Positions 35,517-43,671 are shown, counted from the stretch's first letter. The stretch: 52,491 bases of DNA from Chloroflexota bacterium (GCA_025358525.1 JANYJI010000185.1:1-52491); one strand, 5' to 3'. The notes: generated by a model from the sequence alone, not told the origin. Program-made: numbers and translations.

Positions 35517-37220
35517 CTAGACCGTGATCAGCTCGCGGTGCTCGCCCCAGATCCCGCGCAGTCGATCGCATATTTCGCCCACGGTCGCGTAGGCCTTCAC
35601 CGCGTCGATGATCGGAGGCAGGAGGTTCTCATTGCCGCGGGCGGCCTCCTCGAGTCGGGCCAGGGTCGCCGCCCAGACAGCCGGGTTACGCTCAGCCCGG
35701 ACCTTCTGGACTCGGGCGACCTGGCGCCGCTCGCCTTCTGGATCGATCCGCTGGAGCGGCGGGGTCGAGGTCTCCTCGTCGCGGAATTTATTGACGCCCA
35801 CGACCACCTTCGAGCCGTTCTCCACGGCCCGCTGGACATGGTACGAGGACTCCTGAATCTGGCGCTGTTGATAGCCGGATTCAATAGCCGCAAGAGTGCC
35901 ACCCATGGCTTCGATTTCCCGCAGGTACTCGTTGGCGGCCGCTTCGAGGCGGTTGGTGAGGGATTCGACGTAGTAGCTGCCGGCCAGCGGGTCCGGCGTC
36001 TCAGTCACGCCCGACTCGTAGGCCAGGATCTGCTGGGTTCGAAGAGCCAGACGGGCGGCCTCGGCGGTCGGCAGAGCCAGAGCCTCGTCGCGGGAGTTGG
36101 TATGGAGACTCTGAGCCCCGCCCAGCACCGCGGCCAGCGCCTGGACCGTGGTCCGAACAACGTTGTTGTCGATCGACTGAGCCGTAAGCGAGGAGCCGGC
36201 AGTCTGGACGTGGAAGCGGCAGGCCATCGACCGGGGGTTCACGGCCCCGAACCGGTCCTTGACGATGTGAGCCCACATCCGTCGAGCCGCACGGAACTTC
36301 GCAACTTCCTCGAACAACTCGCTCCAGGATGCGAAGAAGAAGCTGAGTCTATCGGCGAAGTCGTCGATGTTGAGGCCGCGAGAGAGGGCAGCCTCAACGT
36401 AGGCGATGCCGTCAGCGAGAGTGAAGGCCAGTTCCTGAGCGGCCGTCGCTCCGGCTTCGCGCATGTGGTAGCCGCTGATGCTGATCGTGTTCCAGCGCGG
36501 GAGTTCCTTGGAGCAGAACTCGAAGATGTCGGTCACTACGCGCATCGACGGTCGCGGCGGGAAGATATAGGTCCCGCGGGCGATGTACTCCTTGAGAATA
36601 TCGTTCTGGGTTGTGCCACTGACCTGGGACCGCGCAACGCCCTGCTTCTCCGCCGCGGCCACGTACATGGCCAGGAGGACGGCCGCCGAGGCGTTGATCG
36701 TCATCGAGGTGCTGACGGTGTCGAGCGGCAGGCCGTCGAGGAGGACCTCCATGTCGGCGAGTGAACTGATCGGCACGCCAACCCGGCCAACCTCGCCCTC
36801 GGCCTGGGCCGCATCCGAGTCGTAGCCCATCTGCGTGGGCAGGTCGAAGGCAACTGAGAGGCCCGTCTGGCCCTGCTCGAGTAGATACCGGAAGCGGAGG
36901 TTGGTGTCCTCGGCCGTGGAGAAGCCAGCGTACTGACGCATCGTCCAGAGGCGACCGCGGTACATTGTCGGCTGGACGCCCCTGGTGAAGGGAAATTCGC
37001 CGGGGCGGCCCAGATCGCGATCCTCCTCCAGCCCCGCAACGTCAGCCGGGGTGTAGAGATCCTGGATCTCGACGCCGGAGGTGGTCTGGAACCGCTCCTG
37101 ACGTTCGGGCGAGCGAGAAACAGCTTTGGCCCGTGTCGTAGTGCGCCAGCGCTCCCGGCCCGGATCGTCAGCCCACGAACCCTTGGTTTCGCCCTGAGTT
37201 GTTGCCTGGTCCTCCGCCAC
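35517..37220 (-). CDS. methylmalonyl-CoA mutase-family large (catalytic) subunit, without a B12-binding domain
   Basis: [54 protein letters not shown] and [24 protein letters not shown]. Ends at ...[10 protein letters not shown] with no DxHxxG domain. Start taken at GTG 37220 (the track gives 37283). Confidence 0.9.
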   Translation of the reverse strand: MAEDQATTQGETKGSWADDPGRERWRTTTRAKAVSRSPERQERFQTTSGVEIQDLYTPADVAGLEEDRDLGRPGEFPFTRGVQPTMYRGRLWTMRQYAGFSTAEDTNLRFRYLLEQGQTGLSVAFDLPTQMGYDSDAAQAEGEVGRVGVPISSLADMEVLLDGLPLDTVSTSMTINASAAVLLAMYVAAAEKQGVARSQVSGTTQNDILKEYIARGTYIFPPRPSMRVVTDIFEFCSKELPRWNTISISGYHMREAGATAAQELAFTLADGIAYVEAALSRGLNIDDFADRLSFFFASWSELFEEVAKFRAARRMWAHIVKDRFGAVNPRSMACRFHVQTAGSSLTAQSIDNNVVRTTVQALAAVLGGAQSLHTNSRDEALALPTAEAARLALRTQQILAYESGVTETPDPLAGSYYVESLTNRLEAAANEYLREIEAMGGTLAAIESGYQQRQIQESSYHVQRAVENGSKVVVGVNKFRDEETSTPPLQRIDPEGERRQVARVQKVRAERNPAVWAATLARLEEAARGNENLLPPIIDAVKAYATVGEICDRLRGIWGEHRELITV

Positions 37221-37422
37221 GTGCCGTTTCCTCTCGCTGTGCCCTGCCGCTGATTGCGCGAGCGTGCCACGGGATGATGGCACGGACCCGGGTCGGGCCG
37301 CCAGCGGGTGCGCAAACTAGAAATTCCGCACCGGTCGCGCGACGGGCCCGGACGCAGCTCTGGCGTCCCTCGATGACCGCCACAAGCCTGCGGGTGAGTC
37401 TTTAGGGAATCTCCCCGAGGCA

Positions 37423-37446
37423 GTGTGTCTTTGCGCAAAGACACAC
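37423..37446. other. 24-bp perfect palindrome GTGTGTCTTTGC|GCAAAGACACAC; candidate non-canonical parS/centromere-like site
   Basis: Read directly. Lies 275 nt upstream of parA. A 19/20-identical core recurs inside parB at 39048-39067. Confidence 0.45.
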
Positions 37447-37527
37447 GGACGGTTGAACCAGATAGCTGCTACTGGTTCCGAAGTGTTGCGTACCCCACCC
37501 CGTTCGGGTACTGGAGAAAAGGCCTAG

Positions 37528-37570
37528 TTATCCACAGAATCGGTGAACAACTTCGCAATTCTGTGGATAA
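37528..37570. promoter_or_regulatory. inverted pair of consensus DnaA boxes (TTATCCACA) within a 13-bp perfect inverted repeat
   Basis: TTATCCACAGAAT (37528-37540), 17-nt spacer, then ATTCTGTGGATAA (37558-37570). Sits in the least GC-rich part of the 437-nt gap between divergent genes. Confidence 0.5.
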
Positions 37571-37720
37571 ACACGGAACCAGCGTCCAAGTCTGGTGCGG
37601 TAGCATCACTCATTCATCGTCACACTTGAGACTCGTCACTTCCACCGACAACTTCGGTGAGCAGGGGCGCCAGACTCATCCGATTGCCAGAGACCGCACT
37701 TCGAGCGAGGTGGAACCACG

Positions 37721-38488
37721 GTGGCCAACGTCATCGCGATCGCAAACCAGAAAGGTGGCGTCGGCAAGACGACCACCGCCATCAATCTGGCGGGCGCCCT
37801 CGCAGAACACGGCCTGCGCGTGCTGTGTATCGACATGGATGCCCAGGCCAACCTGACGGTCGGCCTCGGCATCAACCTAGCCACTGTTGAGCAATCGATG
37901 GCCAACGTCCTGGGTGAGCCCAAGGCACGCCTTAAGGATGTGATCATCCCCACCGGAACCGTAAACATCGACATCGCCCCCGCCACCCTTGACCTCGCCT
38001 CCACCGAGGTAGAGTTGATGAGCGCCATCGGCCGCGAGTACGCGCTCTCCGAGGCGGTGGACGACTGGGCCCAGGGCCGCTATGACTACATCCTGATCGA
38101 CTGCCCGCCCACGTTGGGGCTCCTGACCATCAACGGTCTCGTCGCCGCGAACGGCGTGATCATTCCAGTCCAGACGCAGTACTACGCCCTGAAGGGTCTC
38201 GCCGCCTTGGTCAAGGTCATCGCCACAATCCGGTCCAAGCTGAACCGAAATCTCAGGGTTCTGGGCCTCCTCCCGACCTTCTACGACCCGCGCACCATCC
38301 TCGGCCGAGAGATGCTTGAAGAGATGCGCGAGAACGGTGAGAACCATGTCTTTGAAACGATCATTCGGAACGCCGTGAAGCTCGGCGAGGCCCCCCTGAC
38401 CGGCCGGCCGATCACTGAGTACGCCAGTACATCAGATGCCGCTCAGACATATCGCGAGCTCGCCAAGGAGGTAATGGCACTTGGCTAA
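37721..38488 (+). CDS. parA: ParA/Soj chromosome-partitioning ATPase
   Basis: 255 aa, GVG start. Deviant Walker A NQKGGVGKTTTAINLA, IDMDAQANLT and ILIDCPPTLG. Confidence 0.93.
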   Translation: MANVIAIANQKGGVGKTTTAINLAGALAEHGLRVLCIDMDAQANLTVGLGINLATVEQSMANVLGEPKARLKDVIIPTGTVNIDIAPATLDLASTEVELMSAIGREYALSEAVDDWAQGRYDYILIDCPPTLGLLTINGLVAANGVIIPVQTQYYALKGLAALVKVIATIRSKLNRNLRVLGLLPTFYDPRTILGREMLEEMRENGENHVFETIIRNAVKLGEAPLTGRPITEYASTSDAAQTYRELAKEVMALG

Positions 38489-39506
38489 GCCAGATTTTCG
38501 CGCCGCGGTCGCTGCTCGCCTGAACGAGGAGCGAGGTCAAGGCCTGTCTCAGAATGTCCTGAGCCTCCTCGCCGCAGATTCGTCGACGATCATTCGGCCG
38601 TCTGCGGTGCGGAACATTCCCGTCACCAAGGTCGACCCCAACCCTCACCAGCCGCGTCTCACCATGGACAAGGCGGGCATGGACGACCTCACCGCCTCCG
38701 TCAAGGAGCACGGCGTACTTCAGCCCATTCTGGTCCGGCCGCTGCCTAACGGCAGATATCAGCTCATCGCTGGCGAGCGCCGCTGGCGGGCTGCCAGCGG
38801 AGCCGGGCTTAATGCCATTCCGGCGCTAATCGAGGAAATTGATGACGAGACCGCGCTGGAGATTGCGGTCATCGAAAACCTCCAACGCGAGGACCTCTCC
38901 CCCATGGATGAGGCCATGATCTACGACAAGATGATCCGCGAGCATGGGTACAGCATTCGCAAGCTCGCTCAGAAGCTCGGCAAGGACAAGGGCTACCTGG
39001 AAAACCGCCTCCGCCTGGCCGATGCCCCGCCCGAAATCAGGGAGCTGGTGTCTGTGCGCAAAGACACCCTCTCGCACGCCTACGAGTTGCTCAAGGTCCA
39101 GGATCCCAAGAAGCGCAAGCACCTCGCCGAGATGGTGGCCCGCGGCGAGCTCTCTTTGATCAAGCTGCGCGAGAAGATCGAGGGCGCCCCGAGGCCACGC
39201 CGCACCACTCCGGGATCGGCCCGAAAGCGGACAGCGGCCGGCGGCACGATCGAGGACGCCATCGAAGCCGAGGTTGAGGCCAACTGGCTCGGCAGCGTCT
39301 CCAGAAAACCGCTCAGCGACGACTCCCTCATCGCCGTTCGGGCCGAACTCACTGCCGCAATGTCGGATCTCATCGCCGTCCTCCAGTCGGACGTAATGAA
39401 GACCGTCGACGAAACGGATCGCCAGAACCTGGCCAAGTTCTTGATGATCGTCCGGGTCCGCCTGGAGAACGCCATCGGGCTCGTAAGGCGAGGCCCCGAG
39501 AGGTAG
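38481..39506 (+). CDS. parB: ParB/Spo0J partition protein
   Basis: 341 aa. NPHQPR, GVLQPILVRP and YQLIAGERRWRAA (CTP-binding arginine patch), plus HTH region GYSIRKLAQKLGKDKGYLENRLRL. 8-nt overlap with parA. Confidence 0.93.
   Translation: MAKPDFRAAVAARLNEERGQGLSQNVLSLLAADSSTIIRPSAVRNIPVTKVDPNPHQPRLTMDKAGMDDLTASVKEHGVLQPILVRPLPNGRYQLIAGERRWRAASGAGLNAIPALIEEIDDETALEIAVIENLQREDLSPMDEAMIYDKMIREHGYSIRKLAQKLGKDKGYLENRLRLADAPPEIRELVSVRKDTLSHAYELLKVQDPKKRKHLAEMVARGELSLIKLREKIEGAPRPRRTTPGSARKRTAAGGTIEDAIEAEVEANWLGSVSRKPLSDDSLIAVRAELTAAMSDLIAVLQSDVMKTVDETDRQNLAKFLMIVRVRLENAIGLVRRGPER
39047..39068. other. second copy of the palindrome (GGTGTCTGTGC|GCAAAGACACC, one arm mismatch) inside parB
   Basis: Read directly. 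The core GTGTCTGTGCGCAAAGACAC differs at one position from 37425-37444. It encodes ...VSVRKDT... of ParB. Confidence 0.45.
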
Positions 39507-39639
39507 CGGACGCCTCAGCCGAGCCGGCTCGCGGTGGATTCGGTCAGCTCCACAACACTCCGGTGCTTCCTGGTGGGCTGATAGCAGCCGCGCCTGGTCG
39601 GACTACCGCGGTCAAAGGTCGGTCGAAAGGCATGTTCCA

Positions 39640-40419
39640 CTAAGGTCGCAGGAGCCCTGCCGAGCCCAGCGTTGCCAGCCATCCGGCGCCAAGGGCGACG
39701 ATCCCCAGTGCCTGGAACTCCCAGACCAGGTGCTGCATTCTTTCCGACGCCAGGCGGCCGAGGCTCACGCCGAGCCAGCCTAGGGCCAAGCCGCCCATTT
39801 CGGCGGCCGCCGGAGCCGGCGCCATCCCTATTCGAAGGCTAGTTGCGATGGCAACTATATCTACCACTGCCAGGAATGCCGCATTCAGGGCCAGCGTTCG
39901 GCCGGAGCCCAACACGGTCGCGACCGTAATCACGCCGCTCCGTCGGTCCGACCCGAGATCGGAGAAGGCATTGGCAAGCGCCAATGCGACGCCCGCTGCA
40001 ATCGCCAGGGCCACGACCCAGGGCAGGGCGACTGGCAGAATGCCGGTTGCGCCCCACCAGGCGTAGACCGGCAGCAATCCAACCCCTGCCGCGAAGGGCA
40101 CCCAGGCAAGGGCCGTACCCTTGAGCCGGAGGTCGTAAAGAAGGCCGTCGGCCAGACCCACGACCCCAATAACGAGAGCGGCCGTACTCGCCGAAGCCGC
40201 CCAGACAAGACCGAGGGCGGCCGTAATGGCGACAACCGCCGTGGCGGCCTTTCGCGAGACCAATCCCGAGGGAATCGGCTTCGCGGGTTTCGCCATGGCG
40301 TCGGTCGTCGCATCGGCCAGATCGTTGGCCGACCCGATGGCGAACTGCAGGCAGAGCATCCCCATACCCAGCCGCAGTGCCAGACCAACACCCGCGCCTG
40401 CAATCAGGGCAATCGCCAC
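39640..40419 (-). CDS. UbiA-family intramembrane prenyltransferase (start unresolved; conserved N-terminus lies upstream of the first canonical start)
   Basis: Polytopic. First Asp-rich motif is SANDLADATTDAMAKPAKPIPSG. In-frame upstream codons (to the stop at 40549-40551) encode LRGRRPWPIGIFRVVHPFPSGLNAIAA with no ATG/GTG/TTG. Confidence 0.75.
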   Translation of the reverse strand: MAIALIAGAGVGLALRLGMGMLCLQFAIGSANDLADATTDAMAKPAKPIPSGLVSRKAATAVVAITAALGLVWAASASTAALVIGVVGLADGLLYDLRLKGTALAWVPFAAGVGLLPVYAWWGATGILPVALPWVVALAIAAGVALALANAFSDLGSDRRSGVITVATVLGSGRTLALNAAFLAVVDIVAIATSLRIGMAPAPAAAEMGGLALGWLGVSLGRLASERMQHLVWEFQALGIVALGAGWLATLGSAGLLRP

Positions 40420-40504
40420 GGCAGCAATGGCGTTGAGGCCCGAGGGAAACGGATGGACGACCCGGAAAATCCCGATCGGCCAGGGACGGCGGCCGCGGAG
40501 CGGA

Positions 40505-40870
40505 CTAGACGTAGACGATCTCGTCGAAACCGGCGACGAGGTACGCGATCAGGCGCGAGCGAGCGTCCTTAACCTCGGCTCGCAGCCCAGGCACGAGGAA
40601 ATGGAGCGAGATTGTCGGGACGATGAGGTGACCCTCCGCGTCCTTGCCGACCGTCTGTGGGGCACCGCCGCCACGTGCAAAGACGCGCCGGAGGGCCTTC
40701 TCGTCGAGGCGGGCGACCTTCTGAATATCGGCCACGACCTTGACGACGCCGCGCCGCTTGGCGACATCCCGCATGAGTTCCTCGACCCAAAAGTCGAGCT
40801 GCTGCTCGGACTGGCCGCTCAACCGTTCGCGGTATTCGGTCGGGTTCGCAGCAAGGCCCGTAGCGCCCAC
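40505..40870 (-). CDS. hypothetical protein (121 aa)
   Basis: Protein-like sequence (…QQLDFWVEELMRDVAKRRGVVKVVADIQKVARLDEKALRRVF…GHLIVPTISLHFLVPGLRAEVKDARSRLIAYLVAGFDEIVYV). Lies between plsC and the UbiA-family gene on the same strand. No family recognised. Confidence 0.5.
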   Translation of the reverse strand: MGATGLAANPTEYRERLSGQSEQQLDFWVEELMRDVAKRRGVVKVVADIQKVARLDEKALRRVFARGGGAPQTVGKDAEGHLIVPTISLHFLVPGLRAEVKDARSRLIAYLVAGFDEIVYV

Positions 40871-41012
40871 ATTTCCTCCTTCGGTGCGTCGACCTCAGTA
40901 TCGCAGACTGAGGTGGCCAGCCCGGCGCGGCTACCTCCGGGTTTGCCCCACGGAATGGCCGTCCGACCGGCTGGTCTGGCGGTCGAACCCGTTGGCCCGG
41001 ACGAGAGGGCTG

Positions 41013-41933
41013 TCAGGCGACAATACGAGGCGGATCCGGCGGCCTGGCGCCCTCCGGCCATTCGTTGAACAGTTCTGTCAGCCACCGCCCGAGGGGGCCC
41101 GGCCTCGGCTGGTCTTGGAAATCGGCGACCAGCGACTCGAGAGCAAACTGAGCCAGCTCGGTCAGCCGCGCAACCTCCTCCATCGTCGGCCGCCGCAGCG
41201 TCGCCGCAACCGAGTCAATCGGCAGCCCAATCCGGACCCGGACCGTCCGGCGAAAGCCGAGCCAACTGGTGCCGCCAATCGCCACCGGGACCATTGGTAC
41301 GCCGGCACGCAAAGACAAGTATGCGGCTCCCTCGCGCAAAGGCAGGATTCCGCCCTCGCCCAAGTGGATCCGGCCCTCGCCAGCGATCGCAATCGATGCT
41401 CCGCCGAGAACCAACTCCTGGACCCTGGCCGTCGCCGCCACCAGGCCTCGATTTCCGGGCTGATACGGCACAGCGACACCACCCCAGCGCATCAAGCGGT
41501 TCCGGACGCCCCTGCGCATGTCCTCCTGCTCTGGCCCAAAGAAGTAGACCCGTGGCCGGCTTGGGATCGCAGCGTATACATAGAATGGATCCGCCCAGTT
41601 TTGGTGGCTGAAGCACAGAACCGCCGGAGCGTTGGGCAAGCGCTCGGCACCCTCGATTCGCACCCTTGAATACATACGGGCCAGGCGGCCCATTAGAATC
41701 CGGACGGCGAAGTACCGCCAGATTGAACGCGGGGGAGCCTGCACGCGGTGACGGTCCAGCGGGCGGGCGTCGCTACCCCGAACGGTCCCTGTCGTGCCGG
41801 CCGACGTATCGCGCGACTGTAATGTGCGCATGGTGCGAGTATGCCAAGCTGGCGACGAAGGTGCGCCGAGGACGAGTCGCGGGCTACCGGACCGCCGCCC
41901 TCTGGCCTGGCTGAAAGGTCCGAGTCGGCGCAC
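41013..41933 (-). CDS. plsC: lysophospholipid (1-acyl-sn-glycerol-3-phosphate) acyltransferase family protein
   Basis: HxxxxD motif (FSHQNWADPF), plus IAIAGEGRIH and PMVPVAIGG blocks. The start is uncertain; the N-terminal ~60 aa of the track ORF are R/S/P-rich. Confidence 0.78.
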   Translation of the reverse strand: MRRLGPFSQARGRRSGSPRLVLGAPSSPAWHTRTMRTLQSRDTSAGTTGTVRGSDARPLDRHRVQAPPRSIWRYFAVRILMGRLARMYSRVRIEGAERLPNAPAVLCFSHQNWADPFYVYAAIPSRPRVYFFGPEQEDMRRGVRNRLMRWGGVAVPYQPGNRGLVAATARVQELVLGGASIAIAGEGRIHLGEGGILPLREGAAYLSLRAGVPMVPVAIGGTSWLGFRRTVRVRIGLPIDSVAATLRRPTMEEVARLTELAQFALESLVADFQDQPRPGPLGRWLTELFNEWPEGARPPDPPRIVA

Positions 41934-41954
41934 GAGCCTACGGAAATACCCTTA

Positions 41955-41982
41955 TTGACCTGTTCTCAGGCTTGAGTACGCT
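41955..41982 (+). promoter_or_regulatory. candidate sigma70-type promoter of the wHTH-MNT/HEPN operon
   Basis: TTGACC (41955-41960), 16-nt spacer, then TACGCT (41977-41982). About 50 nt upstream of ATG 42033. Confidence 0.4.
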
Positions 41983-42044
41983 TGTTCCCATGCCCGAGAA
42001 CGTTTGTTCCGCTTTTGAGTACGGCTGTTCTCATGTTTGAGAAC
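41961..42044. promoter_or_regulatory. array of eight alternating half-sites TGTTCyC / GAG(A/T)AC (four 21-22-bp units)
   Basis: TGTTCTC 41961, GAGTAC 41974, TGTTCCC 41983, GAGAAC 41996, TGTTCCG 42005, GAGTAC 42017, TGTTCTC 42026 and GAGAAC 42039. The last unit, TGTTCTCAtgttTGAGAACA, is a perfect inverted repeat spanning the ATG. Confidence 0.6.
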
Positions 42045-43058
42045 ATCCCCGTCGCCAATCTGGCCATCGGCCGCTCGACTGTCCGGCAGCGCATTCTCGC
42101 GCTCCTCATGCCCGAGTCGGCTGGGCGGCTCCACCTCCGCGAGATACAGCGGCGAGCCTTTACGAGTCCTGGCACCGCCAGCCGCGAGCTGGCCATACTG
42201 GTTGCGGCCGGGCTCGTCGAACGCGAGGCCGAGGGGGCGCAGGTCTACTTCCGAGCATCGGCCTCGCCATTCGCGGCGATGCTGCGGTCGCTCCTGATCA
42301 TAGCGCCGGGGCCGGCCGTAACCCTGGCCGCGCCCATCCGCCTGGCACGCGCAAGGACGAACGAACCAAAGGCCGTCGAGGTGGCTGAGGCGGCCGTCGA
42401 ACCGGCCGAACCGGCCGAACCGGCCCTCGAACCGGCTGTCGAGCTGGCGGTCGAGCTGGCGGTCGAGCTGGCCGAGGCGGCGGTCGACGTCCATCACCTG
42501 TTAGTTGATACAGCAACTATCGAGTGGCGACTCGCCCAACCACGGCAGGAACGCACCAGCCCGGCCGACGCCGGACCTACGGGCCGGCCTGACCAAACCG
42601 CTGCAACGGCGCCGGCAGCCGCGGCCACCCCGCCACGCGTCTTCCGACCGACCATCCCTGACACCGTCAGGCCCACATGGTCGACCGTGCCGGAGCTGGC
42701 ACCAGAATTGCCCGCCGGGCCTCGTCACGCCTCGGACCCTGTAGGACTGCAGGTCGCCCGTCGCCTGGCCGAATCCGTAGAGTCGCTCTATGGGGAGACC
42801 ACCCGGCTGCGTGGCGTCTACCTCTTTGGCGAGCGCGCCGCCGGCCCGGCCCACCCCGAGGCAGACGTGGAGACAGTGATCGTCCTCGATCGCATCGACC
42901 ACTACGGTGCCGAGATGGAGCGAACCAGTCACCTCTGCGCCGCCCTCTCCCACGAACTGAAGCTGATCGTCAGTCGCGTTTTCGTGTCGGAGTCCGACTG
43001 GCTCCACCGCACTGACGGTTCGCTGCCCGCCGTCCGACAAGGGGCGGTGGAGATATGA
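42033..43058 (+). CDS. fusion protein: N-terminal winged-helix DNA-binding domain, long repetitive linker, C-terminal minimal nucleotidyltransferase (MNT) domain
   Basis: wHTH-like: RQRILALLMPESAGRLHLREIQRRAFTSPGTASRELAILVAAGLVEREAEG. MNT: LRGVYLFGERAAGPAHPEADVETVIVLD (G-x-R-x-x-G...D-x-E/D pattern). 4-nt overlap with the HEPN gene. Start taken at ATG 42033 (the track gives 41982). Confidence 0.72.
   Translation: MFENIPVANLAIGRSTVRQRILALLMPESAGRLHLREIQRRAFTSPGTASRELAILVAAGLVEREAEGAQVYFRASASPFAAMLRSLLIIAPGPAVTLAAPIRLARARTNEPKAVEVAEAAVEPAEPAEPALEPAVELAVELAVELAEAAVDVHHLLVDTATIEWRLAQPRQERTSPADAGPTGRPDQTAATAPAAAATPPRVFRPTIPDTVRPTWSTVPELAPELPAGPRHASDPVGLQVARRLAESVESLYGETTRLRGVYLFGERAAGPAHPEADVETVIVLDRIDHYGAEMERTSHLCAALSHELKLIVSRVFVSESDWLHRTDGSLPAVRQGAVEI
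42399..42485. repeat. in-frame 9-nt and 12-nt tandem repeats in the linker of the wHTH-MNT gene
   Basis: gaaccggcc x3, then gagctggcggtc x2 plus degenerate copies. Encodes EPAEPAEPALEPAVELAVELAVELAEAAV. Confidence 0.85.
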
Positions 43059-43438
43059 CAGCGCGCGGCGCGCAGCTCGTCGAGGGCGCGGAGCAGGCTC
43101 TCGCCGCGGCGCAGCGCGAGCTGGAGGCACGCGACCTGGAGACGGCGTCGGAACGAGCATGCGTGGCCATGCTTCGCCTGGCCAAGGCTTGCCTGAATGT
43201 CGATGGGCTTTCACCCGGTCCGACTCGGGCCGTTTGCGTGGCCTACGGACAGCAATTTGGTCGGACGGGCCGGATGTACTCCGCCTACTTCCGCTGGTTG
43301 CTGGACGCGGCCGATCTGCGCAAGGCCTCGGCCACGGACTACGCCGGCCCGATCGACTACGACGCCGCGGCCACAGTCGTGGAACGAGCCGAGATCTTCC
43401 GCGACGCGGTCGTCCGCTTCCTCGAGCGAAGTCACTGA
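43055..43438 (+). CDS. HEPN-domain protein (putative toxin partner of the MNT domain)
   Basis: 127 aa, all-helical. AEQALAAAQRELEARDLETASERACVAMLRLAKACL...LRKASATDY...RFLERSH is HEPN-like, with R-x5-H at the C-terminus. Translationally overlapped with the MNT gene. Confidence 0.7.
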   Translation: MTARGAQLVEGAEQALAAAQRELEARDLETASERACVAMLRLAKACLNVDGLSPGPTRAVCVAYGQQFGRTGRMYSAYFRWLLDAADLRKASATDYAGPIDYDAAATVVERAEIFRDAVVRFLERSH

Positions 43439-43671
43439 TGGGCACCGCGATTCGCTTGGGTCAAGCCGCCGGGTCGGAAACCGACCGGGCCGAGCCACTG
43501 GACCACCCCTGCTCGCGCGCTAATTGGGGCCGCGGACCTACTCCAGTCGATGCAGGAGCTGGGCGCATGCCCGGCCGGTATTGAGATGGGAGAACAGCGG
43601 GCAACCGGCATGGCGATTGTTCGGACGGACGATCCGATCGCCATCAATATGCCCCGTCCGTTCGTCCGGCG

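Noticed and set aside
35538-36764. 408-aa plus-strand ORF opposite the mutase gene
   Set aside because: Shadow ORF. The minus-strand product has strong methylmalonyl-CoA mutase motifs.
37221-37420. Cobalamin riboswitch upstream of the mutase gene
   Set aside because: No B12-box-like (GCCACTG) or conserved GGGAA/GGTG core elements were seen on the mutase strand.
36701-37856. Two ORFs on opposite strands that both begin MSLRKDT
   Set aside because: The identical N-termini are an artefact of the 24-bp perfect palindrome at 37423-37446. The remainder of both products is low-complexity and crosses intergenic DNA.
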